A DNA stretch of 48,384 nt from the NCBI GenBank assembly GCA_017455975.1, contig JAFTLK010000358.1, positions 1 to 48,384 of the forward strand. The letters run 5' to 3'. A model generated the notes under the pieces. It did no database searches. It saw nothing but the letters and a program-made list of their open reading frames with translations, and was not told where the DNA came from. Shown here in pieces: positions 46,896 through 48,384 of this stretch; the first letter of the stretch is position 1; the number at the start of each line of letters is the position of its first letter. The position numbers and the translations under genes are program-made. The stretch is from Clostridia bacterium. GTDB lineage: Bacteria; Bacillota; Clostridia; Oscillospirales; CAG-272.

Positions 46896-48140
46896 CTAAG
46901 AAACGGTCAATCCTTGCTTTTCAAGAAATTTAGTAGCTTGTTTAACGGCTTTGGATAATTGCCGCTCTTTAAGGGATTCGGTCATATCCACCTTAAACAA
47001 GTCTGTAGGATTCCAGACCTCACCCGTAGTCATCATTTGGAAAATAGCAGTGAGAATCATTCGTGCAATGGCAATAATGGCTCGTTTCTTTCCTCTGCGT
47101 TTTGAAATCTGCTCATACTTTAAGCGGTAGTAAGAATTGTCAGACGCTTTCACGGCTGCATGGGCAACTTGCACCAATGCAGGTTTAAGATATACTCCTG
47201 CACGTGTTATGCGAACAGACTTTTTCTTGCCGGCAGATTCATTGTTGCCGGGCGTTAGTCCCGCCCAACAGCACAAACGTTTTGAAGAACCAAATTGAGA
47301 CATATCATTACCGATCTCGGAAATGATGGTAATTGCAGAATTGCGGTCAACACCGGGAATGGTACGGAGCAAAGAGATTGTATTTTCAAACTCCGCAACC
47401 ATTGAATCGATCGCAGAATCCACCTGTGCAATCGCATCTGTGATGTAATCAAGATGTGAACGAACAATTCTCATACGAAGCTTTTGCTCCTCTGTAATCG
47501 AATAACCTTCAATGGATTCAAGCACAGAATCGGACTTCTTTTTCAAAGAGCGTTGCAAAAGAGAGACACAGTATTCCGGATTGAAGGAATCTTCGGATAT
47601 CAGGTAGTCTGTAATGGCAGTTGCAGATTTCCCAAACATGTCCGAGACAACAGAATCAAGAGCAACGTTGCAGACGGTGAATGCGTTTTGAAAACGGTTT
47701 TTCTCACTGCTTTTCATAGAAACCAGCTTGTAGCGGTATCGAGTAAATTCACGTAGAATACGAATATTCTTTGGCGGAATAAAGCTGCTGGGAACCAAAC
47801 CCAAACGGAATAGATCGCCTATCCATTTGGAATCTTTCGTGTCGTCTTTGTTACCCTTTACGGCTTTTACCCACTTGGGGTTGGCAATGGTCACACGGAT
47901 TCCTCGTTCTTCAAGAATGTTGAATACGGGAACCCAATACTTGCCCGTGGACTCCATACAAACATCAACGCAGTTGTTTTCGTGAAGCCAATCGGCAAAA
48001 CGGTGTAGATCAGAATTGTAAGTAGAAAAGCGTTTCTTTTGGTAATGAGGTTGTACGCCGTTCGTGGTGGAAATGATGGTTCCAACTAAAAAGGTCTTGT
48101 GAACGTCTACACCGCAACAAACCGGGTAAACAACTTTCAA
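46896..48140 (-). CDS. IS110-family DEDD transposase/recombinase
   Basis: CGVDVHK (D), CMESTG (E), KDDTKDS (DD), TIPGV and WAGLTPGNNESAG (catalytic Ser). TTG start with a GGAGGG RBS. Confidence 0.96.
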   Translation of the reverse strand: MKVVYPVCCGVDVHKTFLVGTIISTTNGVQPHYQKKRFSTYNSDLHRFADWLHENNCVDVCMESTGKYWVPVFNILEERGIRVTIANPKWVKAVKGNKDDTKDSKWIGDLFRLGLVPSSFIPPKNIRILREFTRYRYKLVSMKSSEKNRFQNAFTVCNVALDSVVSDMFGKSATAITDYLISEDSFNPEYCVSLLQRSLKKKSDSVLESIEGYSITEEQKLRMRIVRSHLDYITDAIAQVDSAIDSMVAEFENTISLLRTIPGVDRNSAITIISEIGNDMSQFGSSKRLCCWAGLTPGNNESAGKKKSVRITRAGVYLKPALVQVAHAAVKASDNSYYRLKYEQISKRRGKKRAIIAIARMILTAIFQMMTTGEVWNPTDLFKVDMTESLKERQLSKAVKQATKFLEKQGLTVS

Positions 48141-48169
48141 AAATATCCCTCCTCGAATTAAGATACGAG

Positions 48170-48365
48170 GAAAAGATAGTGACTGAATCATCACACAATC
48201 TAACAGGTGTTAAAACAATTCTTAGCGTACGTGCTCAAAAGCAACACTTATTTGTGCTTGACAAGATGATTCTAACACTGATTAATATACTGTTTTCAGC
48301 AAGAAGTACCTCTACGACTCCTCCTACCGTGCGTTGTAGTTTGTCTTTCCCCCATAAACAGTATA
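48170..48365 (-). ncRNA. Putative IS110 bridge RNA
   Basis: Non-coding leader with two stem-closed domains (TATACTGTTT 48286-95 / AAACAGTATA 48356-65; GAATCATC 48185-92 / GATGATTC 48265-72). It carries 6-nt matches to the element end and to the target flank. Confidence 0.6.
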
Positions 48366-48384
48366 CAACAAATTTGTTACAAAA

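Larger units (their letters stand above)
46797..48384 (-). mobile_element. IS110-family insertion sequence (left end at or beyond the window edge)
   Basis: DEDD recombinase with a structured non-coding region of more than 200 nt upstream and no terminal IRs. Base composition shifts to AT-rich straight after the GRE stop and the AAGGAG RBS. The exact junction is uncertain by a few bp. Confidence 0.88.

Noticed and set aside
1-48384. CRISPR array, tRNA or rRNA
   Set aside because: No regularly spaced repeats and no tRNA or rRNA signatures were found by eye in any intergenic region.

Overview
A 48.4-kb chromosomal segment from a moderately GC-rich anaerobic Firmicute. The Clostridia-like assignment is inferred from the sigma-A promoters, GGAGG ribosome-binding sites (RBS), a CIRCE element and the gene content. 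The left ~20 kb is orderly: a two-component pair (kinase cut by the window edge), CIRCE-controlled htpG, two Gfo/Idh/MocA oxidoreductases, a Na/Pi cotransporter, a DUF4091/GH123-like hydrolase, and a FecBCDE/BtuFCD-type ABC importer. The importer is divergent from an operon of a siroheme/4Fe-4S sulfite-reductase-like gene, an esterase, uxaB and uxaA, which is followed by a divergent RpiB-family isomerase. From ~20.2 kb onward the region is a mosaic accessory zone. It holds an intact IS1182 that truncated a glycoside hydrolase, a stray copy of that IS end, XRE/S24 and AAA_14-DUF4143 genes, and AraC-controlled carbohydrate units (GH36-like, unknown TIM-barrel protein, MBL hydrolase, orphan solute-binding lipoproteins (SBP), MFS, GH28-like, GH38). 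It also holds thiM/thiE and other gene fragments, a cluster of IS remnants, and an AraC-linked glycyl radical enzyme of unknown substrate. The window ends in an IS110 inserted at a Shine-Dalgarno site. Its upstream non-coding region has two stem-loop domains with short matches to the element's own end and to the target flank, consistent with a bridge RNA. No rRNA, tRNA or CRISPR array was seen. All family calls come from motif recognition by eye, not from database searches.
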